A program made the translations under genes and the position numbers. The notes beneath the pieces were generated by a model. That model was not told the DNA's origin. It made no database searches and saw nothing but the letters and a program-made list of their open reading frames with translations. This document shows, piece after piece, positions 54,922 to 63,404 of a stretch of DNA of 64,000 nucleotides. Position 1 is the stretch's first letter. Every line of letters starts with the position of its first letter. The stretch is taken from positions 124,001 to 188,000 of the IMG/VR virus record IMGVR_UViG_3300047445_000186, one strand, 5' to 3'.

Positions 54922-54998
54922 GCTGCTTTCGAACCGAAGATAATGGGTTATCGGCTAAGTTTCCCACTATCATCTCTTTGTTCGAGCATTTTAGCAGC
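54922..54998 (+). ncRNA. Y-RNA-like ncRNA 1 upstream of Ro60
   Basis: TCGAAC-C-GAA / TTTGTTCGA bulged-C helix; GATAATGGG/CCCACTATC; CCG-N9-GGTTATC. Confidence 0.78.
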
Positions 54999-55024
54999 CT
55001 CTTCAACACTTACTTCAATCTCAT

Positions 55025-55172
55025 TCAGCCGCAGCAAGTTGGTTATCAACTACTACGACCTGGACCGTCCGCCCTGTAGAAACACTAAACTCTCTACTGG
55101 GTAACCCGTTGACTCCTCTGGTTATTGGAGCGCCTCGCCGAGAGGGCAGACTTTTGTCTGAAGATCGGCTGA
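55025..55172 (+). ncRNA. Y-RNA-like ncRNA 2 with large multi-helix domain
   Basis: TCAGCCG/CGGCTGA closing stem; CCG-N9-GGTTATC; internal hairpins. Confidence 0.6.
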
Positions 55173-55358
55173 TGTTGCAAGTACAAGGAACTTGATCGGA
55201 TACCGCAACTTAAATCGCGGTGTAGGCGGAGCCCATGCTCGAAAGAGATACTCTGCTGAAGTCTCCAACAGCAATTTTTGCTGGATGGGATTGTAGTAAG
55301 TGCTGTCACGCGCCTTTGTTCACTGCGCTAAAGTGAACCGATAATCAGGAGAGAACTC

Positions 55359-56978
55359 ATGAACATGTACACCGACCACGCCGCTTCTCTGAACGCCGTT
55401 CAGACTTCCACCCCACAGACGGAAGCAATTCCTGGCCGCGAAGCCGAGATGAAGCTGAACAACGCTGGTGGATTCACGTTCACTCTTGATCAGTGGGGCG
55501 TCCTCGATCGCTTCATCATGATCGGTTCCGAGAACGGGAACTACTACGTCGGTCAAAAGGACGTGATGAAGCAATCGTTCGCGAACACCCTGAAGTGTAT
55601 CGCTGAAGACGGTCTGCGTGCTGTCGCTCGTGCTCTCGAGTACTCAACCTCTGGTCGCGCTCCGAAGAACGACCCTGCTCTGGTTGTGCTCGCGCTCGCC
55701 GCATCGAAGGGAACGCCTGAAGTTCAATCCGCTGCTTACGACGCCCTGCCAAAGGTCGCTCGTACCGGTACCCATCTGTTCACGTTCGTCTCGATTCTGA
55801 ACTCCCTCGGGAAGTGGAACGCCGCTGCAAAGCGCGGCCTGGCGAAGTGGTACACGAACCGTTCGATCGACAAGCTCGCGATCCAAGTGCTGAAGTACCA
55901 GCAGCGCAATGGCTGGTCGCACCGCGACGTCCTGCGTCTGGCACACGTGAAGCCGCAGAACGACATCCAGACGAATCTGTTCAAGTACATCACGAAGGGT
56001 GGCGACGCTCTCGTGCAAGGCTCGCCGATTCCGCAGCTCGTGATCGACTTCGAATTCCTGAAGCGCGCCGAGTCGGCCAAGGATGTCGTTCGTCTGATCG
56101 AGTCGAATCCATCGATCGCATGGGAACTCGTTCCTACGCAATTCCTGAAGGATCCGGACGTGCTGATGGCGCTCCTCCCTTCGATGGGCATGACCGCTGT
56201 GATCCGTCAACTGGGTAAGCTCACTGCCGCTGGCGTGATCAAGCCGATGTCGGAAGGCGAGAAGTTGGTCGTCGCGAAGCTCTCGGATGCCGAAGCAATC
56301 AAGCGTGGCCGTGTCCATCCGATCACTATCCTCCAAGCCCTGAAGCAGTACCAAGCTGGTCATGGTGAAAAGGGTTCGTTGGTCTGGTCTCCAGTTCAAC
56401 GCGTCGTGTCGGCCCTGGATGACTCGTTCTACTCTGCGTTCACGCTTGGCGAGGACAAGAAGGAGAATCACTTCATCGCTTGCGACATCTCCGGCTCCAT
56501 GACCATGGACAGCGCGAAGGTGATCGGTTCGCCGAACCTCTTGGCTGGTGAAGTGGCTGCGGTGTTCGCGATGGCGATCGCTCGTACCCAATCGAACTAT
56601 TTCCTCGCTGGTTTCAAGCAGAACTTGGAACCACTGAAGATCTCGCCGACGATGCGTCTCGCTGACGCGTTGAACGCAATGCGTGCTATGCACTGGCAAG
56701 GCGGCTCGACCGACTGTGCTAAGGCATTCGAGTACGCGCTCCAGAACGGTATCGCGGTGGACAAGTTCACCGTGATTACCGACAATGAAACGTACGCGGG
56801 TGGCCAAGCCCCAGTGCAGGCGCTCAAGAAGTATCGTGACCGTACTGGTCGCGCTGCGAAGTCGATCGTGATTGCTACCTCGGTATCTGAATTCACGATC
56901 GCCGATCCGAAGGACGGTGGTATGTTGGACATCGCAGGGTTTGACTCGGCTGCTCCACAGATCATCGCTGATTTCTAA
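55359..56978 (+). CDS. rsr: Ro60/TROVE-domain RNA-binding protein with C-terminal vWA
   Basis: NNAGGF..LDRF..GSE.G.YY; KYQQRNGWSHRDVLRLAH; DISGSM; ITDNET; GFD. Confidence 0.95.
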   Translation: MNMYTDHAASLNAVQTSTPQTEAIPGREAEMKLNNAGGFTFTLDQWGVLDRFIMIGSENGNYYVGQKDVMKQSFANTLKCIAEDGLRAVARALEYSTSGRAPKNDPALVVLALAASKGTPEVQSAAYDALPKVARTGTHLFTFVSILNSLGKWNAAAKRGLAKWYTNRSIDKLAIQVLKYQQRNGWSHRDVLRLAHVKPQNDIQTNLFKYITKGGDALVQGSPIPQLVIDFEFLKRAESAKDVVRLIESNPSIAWELVPTQFLKDPDVLMALLPSMGMTAVIRQLGKLTAAGVIKPMSEGEKLVVAKLSDAEAIKRGRVHPITILQALKQYQAGHGEKGSLVWSPVQRVVSALDDSFYSAFTLGEDKKENHFIACDISGSMTMDSAKVIGSPNLLAGEVAAVFAMAIARTQSNYFLAGFKQNLEPLKISPTMRLADALNAMRAMHWQGGSTDCAKAFEYALQNGIAVDKFTVITDNETYAGGQAPVQALKKYRDRTGRAAKSIVIATSVSEFTIADPKDGGMLDIAGFDSAAPQIIADF

Positions 56979-57001
56979 TGTAAGTACGTTTTAGATAGTC
57001 C

Positions 57002-57793
57002 ATGAAAGCTGCAGTTGTAGGGTATGGTTTCGTGGGTAAAGCACTAGGAGAGGCACTTGAGGTGCCTTTTCTCGTTCTTGATCCCAAGTTTGAGAAGAGT
57101 GTTCAAGGACTCGATGACATTCTAGAGTTTCAACCACATGTGATCTTCCTCTGTCTTCCAACTCCCACGGTCGATGGGAAGTGCGATGACACGTTGATCA
57201 TGAAGTACGTGCAAGACTTGAAGGATTACCAAGGTGTTCTCTGTATCAAGAGCACAATCCCAGTAGGGACGGTCGAAAAGATCGAAGCAATTCTCCCGAA
57301 CGCGGTCCTTTGGCCGGAACTGCTCGTTGAAAAGACGGCAGTGTTCGATATGGTCCATCCATCAATCACCGTGATTGGTACTCGCGATCGCGCGCAGTAC
57401 GACTGGATGTACTGGTTCCTGATCGAGAACACGAAGATCAACACAGATCTCGGGAAGTCGATCCATCGCTGCACAATGAAGGAAGCATCCGTGTTCAAGT
57501 ACACGGTGAACTCGTTCCTCGCGATGAAGGTCGTGTTCATGCACGAAATGTACAACTGGCTGCGAGCGCGTGGCGAAGAGCCTTCGTACAAGATCCTGAC
57601 TGACATGCTCTCCGTCGAAGGTCGAGTCGGCGCTTCGCACATGAAAGCTCCTGGCGATCATGGCCTTGGTTTCGCCGGTTCTTGCTTTCCGAAAGATACG
57701 CAAGCGCTTCGTCACCAAGCATCGCTCGATGGCGTGCACCTTGAGCTGCTGAACGCTGGCATTCAGGCGAACGAGAACCTTCGCGCTCTCTAA
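57002..57793 (+). CDS. ugd: UDP-glucose 6-dehydrogenase-like protein (lacks C-terminal domain)
   Basis: VGYGFVG, CLPTP, IKSTIP, KY..NSFLAMKV, GFAGSCFPKD. Confidence 0.85.
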   Translation: MKAAVVGYGFVGKALGEALEVPFLVLDPKFEKSVQGLDDILEFQPHVIFLCLPTPTVDGKCDDTLIMKYVQDLKDYQGVLCIKSTIPVGTVEKIEAILPNAVLWPELLVEKTAVFDMVHPSITVIGTRDRAQYDWMYWFLIENTKINTDLGKSIHRCTMKEASVFKYTVNSFLAMKVVFMHEMYNWLRARGEEPSYKILTDMLSVEGRVGASHMKAPGDHGLGFAGSCFPKDTQALRHQASLDGVHLELLNAGIQANENLRAL

Positions 57794-57862
57794 AGTTCGT
57801 TACAGAAAACACGAGCTCCTAACCCGAGCTCGTGTTATAGTTTCCGGTAACTGGAGAATTTT

Positions 57863-58096
57863 ATGCGAAACAAAGTGGTGCTCGTGCTTGACGTGGACAT
57901 GATCGCTTGCGCTGAGCGATCCCCCGAGGATTTCGTCGAGAAGCTGAAGCTCGCCGTGCGAGAACGTCGGTATCACAACGTGTCTGTCGAAGGTCGAACA
58001 GTCGGTGACGTCGTCTGGTATGGCCGGATGAGCGACTCGCCCACTCTGCAAATCAATGGCCTGCGCGCCGAAGTGATCTCACATGGAGGAACGTGA
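57863..58096 (+). CDS. Hypothetical protein
   Basis: SD GGAGA. Confidence 0.55.
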   Translation: MRNKVVLVLDVDMIACAERSPEDFVEKLKLAVRERRYHNVSVEGRTVGDVVWYGRMSDSPTLQINGLRAEVISHGGT

Positions 58097-58332
58097 TGCC
58101 ACAGAATCAACTGAAGGTCGATCACCCAGTTCTTTTTGACGTGTGGTGCACAGCCACGAAGGAGAACGCCCGATTCTTCGAGTGCAGCTCGCCAGCGTGC
58201 CCACCTGAGTACCGTGAAATGTGGCTCGCGTACGGCCCTTCATCGCAGCGCCCTTCACTTTCGCAAGTGAAAGTTGGCGATCACGGCGTCCTTGAGGCGA
58301 CCGTTCGAGGTTGGATCTTCGTCAAAGACTGA
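58093..58332 (+). CDS. Hypothetical protein
   Basis: SD GGAGG; coupled to upstream gene. Confidence 0.5.
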   Translation: MMPQNQLKVDHPVLFDVWCTATKENARFFECSSPACPPEYREMWLAYGPSSQRPSLSQVKVGDHGVLEATVRGWIFVKD

Positions 58333-58465
58333 CCCGAACCCTGGTTCACCCGAGCGTTCCTAGGCTGTATAGTCTAGGAACGCTTTCTTCATTCAGGTGT
58401 AGATCTTTATGGACTGTTCGGTTCAGTGCAACCGGCGACACCTGAGCCACCTTCAGAGATGCACG

Positions 58466-58732
58466 ATGGTTCCAAATACTCTTGACGAATTCCGCTCCAC
58501 GCTCCTTGACATGTACAAGGGAGACGGACACACGTGCCTCGTTATGCGCGTTCCGAACTCGCTGATTCGCGAGGCGATCGACGAGATCCATGCTCGCGCC
58601 GCGTACCACGAGCTCTTTGGCGACAAGCTAGGCATTCCTGATCCGTGCCAAAAGATCATCGGCCAGTACTTCGTGCAGAACCTTGAAGATCGCATTGATC
58701 TCGACTTCGTAGAAGTGCAAGAAGGAACCTGA
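58466..58732 (+). CDS. Hypothetical protein
   Basis: ORF track. Confidence 0.4.
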   Translation: MVPNTLDEFRSTLLDMYKGDGHTCLVMRVPNSLIREAIDEIHARAAYHELFGDKLGIPDPCQKIIGQYFVQNLEDRIDLDFVEVQEGT

Positions 58733-58775
58733 ATTCGGGAGGGCGCTTTTGGCGCATTGCACTTACAATAGTGCA

Positions 58776-59441
58776 ATGAACCAATTCCAAAAGCTCCTGA
58801 TTTCAGCTCGGTACTGGTTGCTCGGAATGGCCGAGCACGACCCGAAGTACTTCAAAGTCATTGAGGCCATGGAGCTTGGCCTTGAGCATCACGACGGCCA
58901 TCGCAATGGTGGCGACCCAGAGTTCGTGCATCAGCTCGGCATCTTCCACTATCTGCGGACGATGCACAAACACATCCGCAACCCCGTGACCGTGTACATG
59001 CTGGTCTTCCTGCATGACGCGCTCGAGGATCCGAATCAGCAGTCGAAGAAGGAAGGCAAGCCGCGGTACATCGCGCCTTCCGAGATCAGCGAGCAGTTCG
59101 GTGATGCCTTCCTCGTGAAGCTCAAGAAGATGTCCAAGGAAATCCTCGGCCAGACGAATCCTGACTTCTCCCTTGACGTGGTCTTCTCCGATGAGGACAC
59201 CAGCGTTGCGAAGGGCGGCGATCGAGTGAACAACGTTTCCTCGATGATTGGCGTGTTCAAGCGCCCGCGACTGATCAAGTACGTGAAGGAAACCGTCGAG
59301 GAATTCTTCCCACGTCTGAAGCGCTCACGTCGTCTGTTCGCTGATCAAGAGTCGATCTACGAGAACATGAAGCTTGAGCTGTCGACGCAGATCGGTTTGA
59401 TTCAACACATCCTCGATGGGTACGTTCCCCATGAACAATAA
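58776..59441 (+). CDS. RelA/SpoT-type HD hydrolase (Mesh1-like small alarmone hydrolase)
   Basis: H.GHRNGGDPEFVH..LHDALED..KGGDRVNN. Confidence 0.78.
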   Translation: MNQFQKLLISARYWLLGMAEHDPKYFKVIEAMELGLEHHDGHRNGGDPEFVHQLGIFHYLRTMHKHIRNPVTVYMLVFLHDALEDPNQQSKKEGKPRYIAPSEISEQFGDAFLVKLKKMSKEILGQTNPDFSLDVVFSDEDTSVAKGGDRVNNVSSMIGVFKRPRLIKYVKETVEEFFPRLKRSRRLFADQESIYENMKLELSTQIGLIQHILDGYVPHEQ

Positions 59442-59769
59442 CTTCGTTCCTGAAATTGGCGGCGTGTACAAGTTCGCGTCGTGTGGTGTTCAAGTCGTGC
59501 TCTCAGAGCCGATGAAGACAAGTGGTGGAGTGATGTGCGTGAAGACTGCACAGATCTTCATGGACTTCGACGGTGAGAAGCGAATCCTGCTGAACAGTGA
59601 TGGGACCGTGTTCCACTACCCAGCGACTGCGCATCCAGACATCGGCTCGATCACGAAGCACTTGGAACTCGCAGCTGAATCGCACGAATCCAAGGGCTGG
59701 ACGTGGAAGCACTTCAATGAAGTCGTGCTCCGTGTTCCGGCCAAGAAGAAGAAACGGAAAAAGAAGTGA
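59431..59769 (+). CDS. Hypothetical protein with basic tail
   Basis: ORF track. Confidence 0.55.
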   Translation: MNNNFVPEIGGVYKFASCGVQVVLSEPMKTSGGVMCVKTAQIFMDFDGEKRILLNSDGTVFHYPATAHPDIGSITKHLELAAESHESKGWTWKHFNEVVLRVPAKKKKRKKK

Positions 59770-60332
59770 CAGTGAAAATGATCCTTGCTGTTGATCAAGG
59801 GAACGCGATCGGCTGGCAAGATGGGCGCCTGCCCTGGAAGATTTCGCGTGACATGCTCCGCTTCAAGGCGCTCACAACGGGTAGTACTGTTGTGATGGGT
59901 CGGAAGACGTTCGAGAGCCTTGGCCGCCCGCAAGGTCTGCCGAATCGGCAGAACGTCGTGATCACCACGCAGAAGCACGACATGACCGGGAATCCGCTGT
60001 TCTTCCGCGATGGCAAGGATCCGTTCCGCTCGTTCGTGCAAGTGCATCAAGCGTGCCTTGGCTGCGAACCCGCGGATCTGTGGGTGATTGGTGGTGGAAC
60101 GCTGTACGATGCAGCTATCGAACAGAGCTTGGTCGATGAGATTTATCTGACGCTGGTGCACACCAATTCGGGTGCTGATGTTCAGTTGAAGCATGATCTC
60201 GCGGCATGGAAGCTGTTCGTTCTGCGCGAGCAAAGCCGAGGAAATATCTGGAACGTCGCCGAGTACGAGCAACACCAGGTAGAGGGCGATGTTCCCGCGG
60301 TAACTTTCATCACTTTAAAGAAACAAAAATGA
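59766..60332 (+). CDS. folA: Dihydrofolate reductase
   Basis: AIG..LPWK..D..RFK.LT..VVMGRKTFESL..LPNRQN; VIGGG. Confidence 0.95.
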   Translation: MTVKMILAVDQGNAIGWQDGRLPWKISRDMLRFKALTTGSTVVMGRKTFESLGRPQGLPNRQNVVITTQKHDMTGNPLFFRDGKDPFRSFVQVHQACLGCEPADLWVIGGGTLYDAAIEQSLVDEIYLTLVHTNSGADVQLKHDLAAWKLFVLREQSRGNIWNVAEYEQHQVEGDVPAVTFITLKKQK

Positions 60333-60754
60333 ATCCGTTCAAGCGCACTGGTTTCGATTCGATCATTGGCAAGGGCATGGTCGTTCTTGGCGATCTTCTC
60401 CTGCAAGAAGGCACAACCACTGTGATTGACGGCACGCTAGCCGGTCAAGACATCCGCGTTCATAACACGACCCCTGACAAGGTTGATGTGAAGACCACTC
60501 TCGTCGTTGGCGGATCGGTTTCAATCGCGCGTGGTGATCTGAATTCCGGTGGCACGATCCGAGTGCCGAACGTGACGGTCGCTGGTGTCCTCGAATGCGA
60601 AACGCTGATCTGCGAAGGCCGCCTCGCTCTGAAGGCTGGTGCGAAGATCGTTGCGAAACAGATCCAGTACCGTGACATCGTGATCGAGAACGGCGCAATC
60701 GTTCTGAGTCAAATGATGCACCTTGATCACATCTCTGCCGGGGAGCAGACCTAA
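60329..60754 (+). CDS. Bactofilin (polymer-forming cytoskeletal protein)
   Basis: SIIGKGMVVLGDL..IDG..V.G..A.I....I.IENGA beta-helix pattern. Confidence 0.75.
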   Translation: MNPFKRTGFDSIIGKGMVVLGDLLLQEGTTTVIDGTLAGQDIRVHNTTPDKVDVKTTLVVGGSVSIARGDLNSGGTIRVPNVTVAGVLECETLICEGRLALKAGAKIVAKQIQYRDIVIENGAIVLSQMMHLDHISAGEQT

Positions 60755-60984
60755 TGGCCCTCACCTACCTGTTGGTTCAATACGCGGAGGCCGATCACGG
60801 CGCGCATCTCCGCCAGTTCTTCGGCGATCTCGACGAGGTCCAAGCGTTCCTGACCCTGCCAGAGAACGCATGGCAGAAGTGGGAGATCCTGAAGATCGAG
60901 AAGCAGATCAAATACTCGAACAAGGTCGTGGTCAACATCTGGCCCGACGAGTCCACCACCCCACCCAAGGAGGCCTTCCTATGA
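60754..60984 (+). CDS. Hypothetical protein
   Basis: TAATG coupling. Confidence 0.55.
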   Translation: MALTYLLVQYAEADHGAHLRQFFGDLDEVQAFLTLPENAWQKWEILKIEKQIKYSNKVVVNIWPDESTTPPKEAFL

Positions 60985-61238
60985 AATCAGGACTCGGCGT
61001 TTGCGTCGTGATCGGCGCGCTGTTCCTTGGGATTGTCTCAGGTCTGGTCTTGATCAAGACTCGGTACGTGCGTAATCAACCAAAAACTGCTGTGACGGTC
61101 ACAGTGACCGAACCAGTTGCAACCCAAATTATCAATGGCGCCATCAGCGCTCATTGCAAGTACGCCCACTACATCCATGGTGGGTTCGGCCTCGGGAATT
61201 GCGAGGAATCACATCCCAATCCTGAGAAGACCGAGTGA
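60981..61238 (+). CDS. Small membrane-anchored protein
   Basis: SD AAGGAGG; N-terminal TM. Confidence 0.55.
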   Translation: MKSGLGVCVVIGALFLGIVSGLVLIKTRYVRNQPKTAVTVTVTEPVATQIINGAISAHCKYAHYIHGGFGLGNCEESHPNPEKTE

Positions 61239-61368
61239 ATTGCGACTAAACCGCATACAATCAAATCTTCAGTGATTCATTCTGTTGCGTACTTGAGAGA
61301 AGAAGTGCACAATTCATTGGATCGTCGAAACCCTCTCTTTAGCTTTACCACTGGAGCATAACTCGCAT

Positions 61369-63327
61369 ATGTCAGCTCTCAAGTCTCTCTCGGCGAAATA
61401 CGCAGAGAAATTCGCAGCACCGGAAGTCATGTCGCTCGAAGCGTACCTGGACCTGTGCAAAACCGAACCTCTGGCATATGCCACCGCCGCAGAGCGGATG
61501 GTCGCAGCCATTGGCCAACCTGTTGTGGTTGACACGTCGGAAGACCCACGTCTCTCGCGCATCCACAGCAACAAGAAGATCCGCACGTACGATGCATTCA
61601 AGGAATACTACGGCGGTGAAGATCAGATCGAACGTCTCGTTGCGTACTTCCGCAATGCAGCCGCAGGTCTGGAAGAATCGAAGCAGATTCTGTACCTGAA
61701 GGGTCCAGTCGGCGGCGGGAAGTCCAGCCTGGTCGAGCTCCTGAAGGCTCTGATGGAAAAGCACCCGTTCTACGCTCTGTACGATGCGAGCGAAAAGGAT
61801 GCGGAACTGCGGACCTCGCCAGTGTTCGAATCGCCGCTCGGTCTGTTCAACAAGCACGACCCCGATCACCAAGCGGTTCTCGCTGACTCGGGCATCCCAG
61901 TGGGCTACGCTGGTCAAGCAGTTCTGTCGGGCTGGGCACTGAAGAAGCTCGAAGAATTCGGCGGCGACATCACGCGTTTCAGCGTCGTGAAGCTCTGGCC
62001 GAACAAGGACACGCAAGTCGGCGTGATGAAGGTCGAGCCGGGCGACGAGAACAACCAAGACGTCTCTGTGCTGGTCGGCAAGACTGATCTGCGGAAGCTC
62101 GAGAAGTTCAGCCAGAATCACCCGTACGCTTACACATACGGTGGTGGTCTGAATCGCACGAACCAAGGCCTGATGGACTTCGCCGAAATGTTCAAGGCGA
62201 ACATCAAGACGCTGAACCCGTTGCTGATGGCTACGCAAGAGCACAACTACAACGGTACCGAAGCGATCCCAGCGATGCCTTACACCGGCATTATCTGCGC
62301 GCACAGCAACGAGTCCGAGTGGTTCGCGTTCAAGAACAACAAGACGAACGAAGCGTTCCTTGACCGTGTGTACATCGTGGACGTGCCGTACTGCCTCCGC
62401 GTCGACGAAGAAGTGAAGATCTATCAGAAGCTGATCGCGGGCTCCTCGCTCTCGAAGGCACCGATGGCTCCGTACACTCTCGAGCTGCTCGCTCAGTGGA
62501 TGGTTCTGACTCGCCTGAAGGAGCCAGAGAACTCGACGCTGATGGCGAAGATGAAGGTCTATAACGGCGAGAACGTGAAGGACACGATGCCGAACGCAAA
62601 GCCGTACGAAGAGTACCGCGATGCTGCCGGGAACGACGAAGGTATGAGCGGCCAAAGCACTCGATTCGCGTTCAAGATCCTGTCGCAATCGTTCGATCTG
62701 CGCCCTGAAGAACAACAGGCAAACCCTGTGGATCTGATGTACGTGATCGACGCCGCGGTCAAGAAGGAATCGCTGCCGGAAGAAACCGAGAAGAAGCTCC
62801 TGACGCTGATCAAGGATCTGCAACGGAAGTACTTCGATTTCCTCGAAAAGGAACTGCGCGCTGCCTACCTCGACTCGTTCAACAGCTTCGGCCAGAACAT
62901 GTTCGATCGGTACTTCCTGTTCGCTGAAGCCTGGATTGCTGATGAGCAATGCCGCGATCCGGAAACTCATCAGATGATGAACCGCGAGAAGCTGAACGCA
63001 GCTCTCGAAGAGACCGAAAAGCCGGCTGGGATCGTGAATGCCAAGGACTTCCGGAACGAGATCGTGAACTACGTGCTGCGGTACAAGAACAAGCACGACG
63101 TCGCTCCTCGCTGGAACGAGTACGAGAAGATCAAGGTCGTGCTCGAGAAGCGGATGTTCAGCGCAACCGAGAACATCATGCCAGTCGTGTCGTTCGGTCC
63201 GAAGGGTGACAAGGAAGCTGAAGAGAAGCACACGAAGTTCGTCGAGCGCATGATCGAGAACGGGTACAGCGAAAACCAAGTGAAGATCCTGGTGTCCTGG
63301 TGGTCGCAAAACAAGAAAGCTGCATAA
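61369..63327 (+). CDS. prkA: PrkA/YeaG family serine kinase (AAA+)
   Basis: AAERM..AIG; GPVGGGKSS; EPGDENNQD; EMFKA; AHSNESEW. Confidence 0.95.
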   Translation: MSALKSLSAKYAEKFAAPEVMSLEAYLDLCKTEPLAYATAAERMVAAIGQPVVVDTSEDPRLSRIHSNKKIRTYDAFKEYYGGEDQIERLVAYFRNAAAGLEESKQILYLKGPVGGGKSSLVELLKALMEKHPFYALYDASEKDAELRTSPVFESPLGLFNKHDPDHQAVLADSGIPVGYAGQAVLSGWALKKLEEFGGDITRFSVVKLWPNKDTQVGVMKVEPGDENNQDVSVLVGKTDLRKLEKFSQNHPYAYTYGGGLNRTNQGLMDFAEMFKANIKTLNPLLMATQEHNYNGTEAIPAMPYTGIICAHSNESEWFAFKNNKTNEAFLDRVYIVDVPYCLRVDEEVKIYQKLIAGSSLSKAPMAPYTLELLAQWMVLTRLKEPENSTLMAKMKVYNGENVKDTMPNAKPYEEYRDAAGNDEGMSGQSTRFAFKILSQSFDLRPEEQQANPVDLMYVIDAAVKKESLPEETEKKLLTLIKDLQRKYFDFLEKELRAAYLDSFNSFGQNMFDRYFLFAEAWIADEQCRDPETHQMMNREKLNAALEETEKPAGIVNAKDFRNEIVNYVLRYKNKHDVAPRWNEYEKIKVVLEKRMFSATENIMPVVSFGPKGDKEAEEKHTKFVERMIENGYSENQVKILVSWWSQNKKAA

Positions 63328-63349
63328 GCTAAAGCAGCTCTGAGAGGGT

Positions 63350-63384
63350 GAAGGCGGAGTGGAGGATATCCCTCCGCCTTCTTT
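63350..63384 (+). terminator. Hairpin/terminator between prkA and yeaH
   Basis: GAAGGCGGAG...CTCCGCCTTC + TTT. Confidence 0.6.
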
Positions 63385-63404
63385 AGTTTCGAACTAGGAC
63401 AAGT

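Noticed and set aside
61372-63309. Long - strand ORFs mirroring real genes (also 55644-56807, 21442-22680, 20014-21180, 14248-15303, 4244-5299, 2423-3493)
   Set aside because: Shadow ORFs: they sit in register opposite well-recognised + strand genes, arise from codon bias, and show no motifs or RBS
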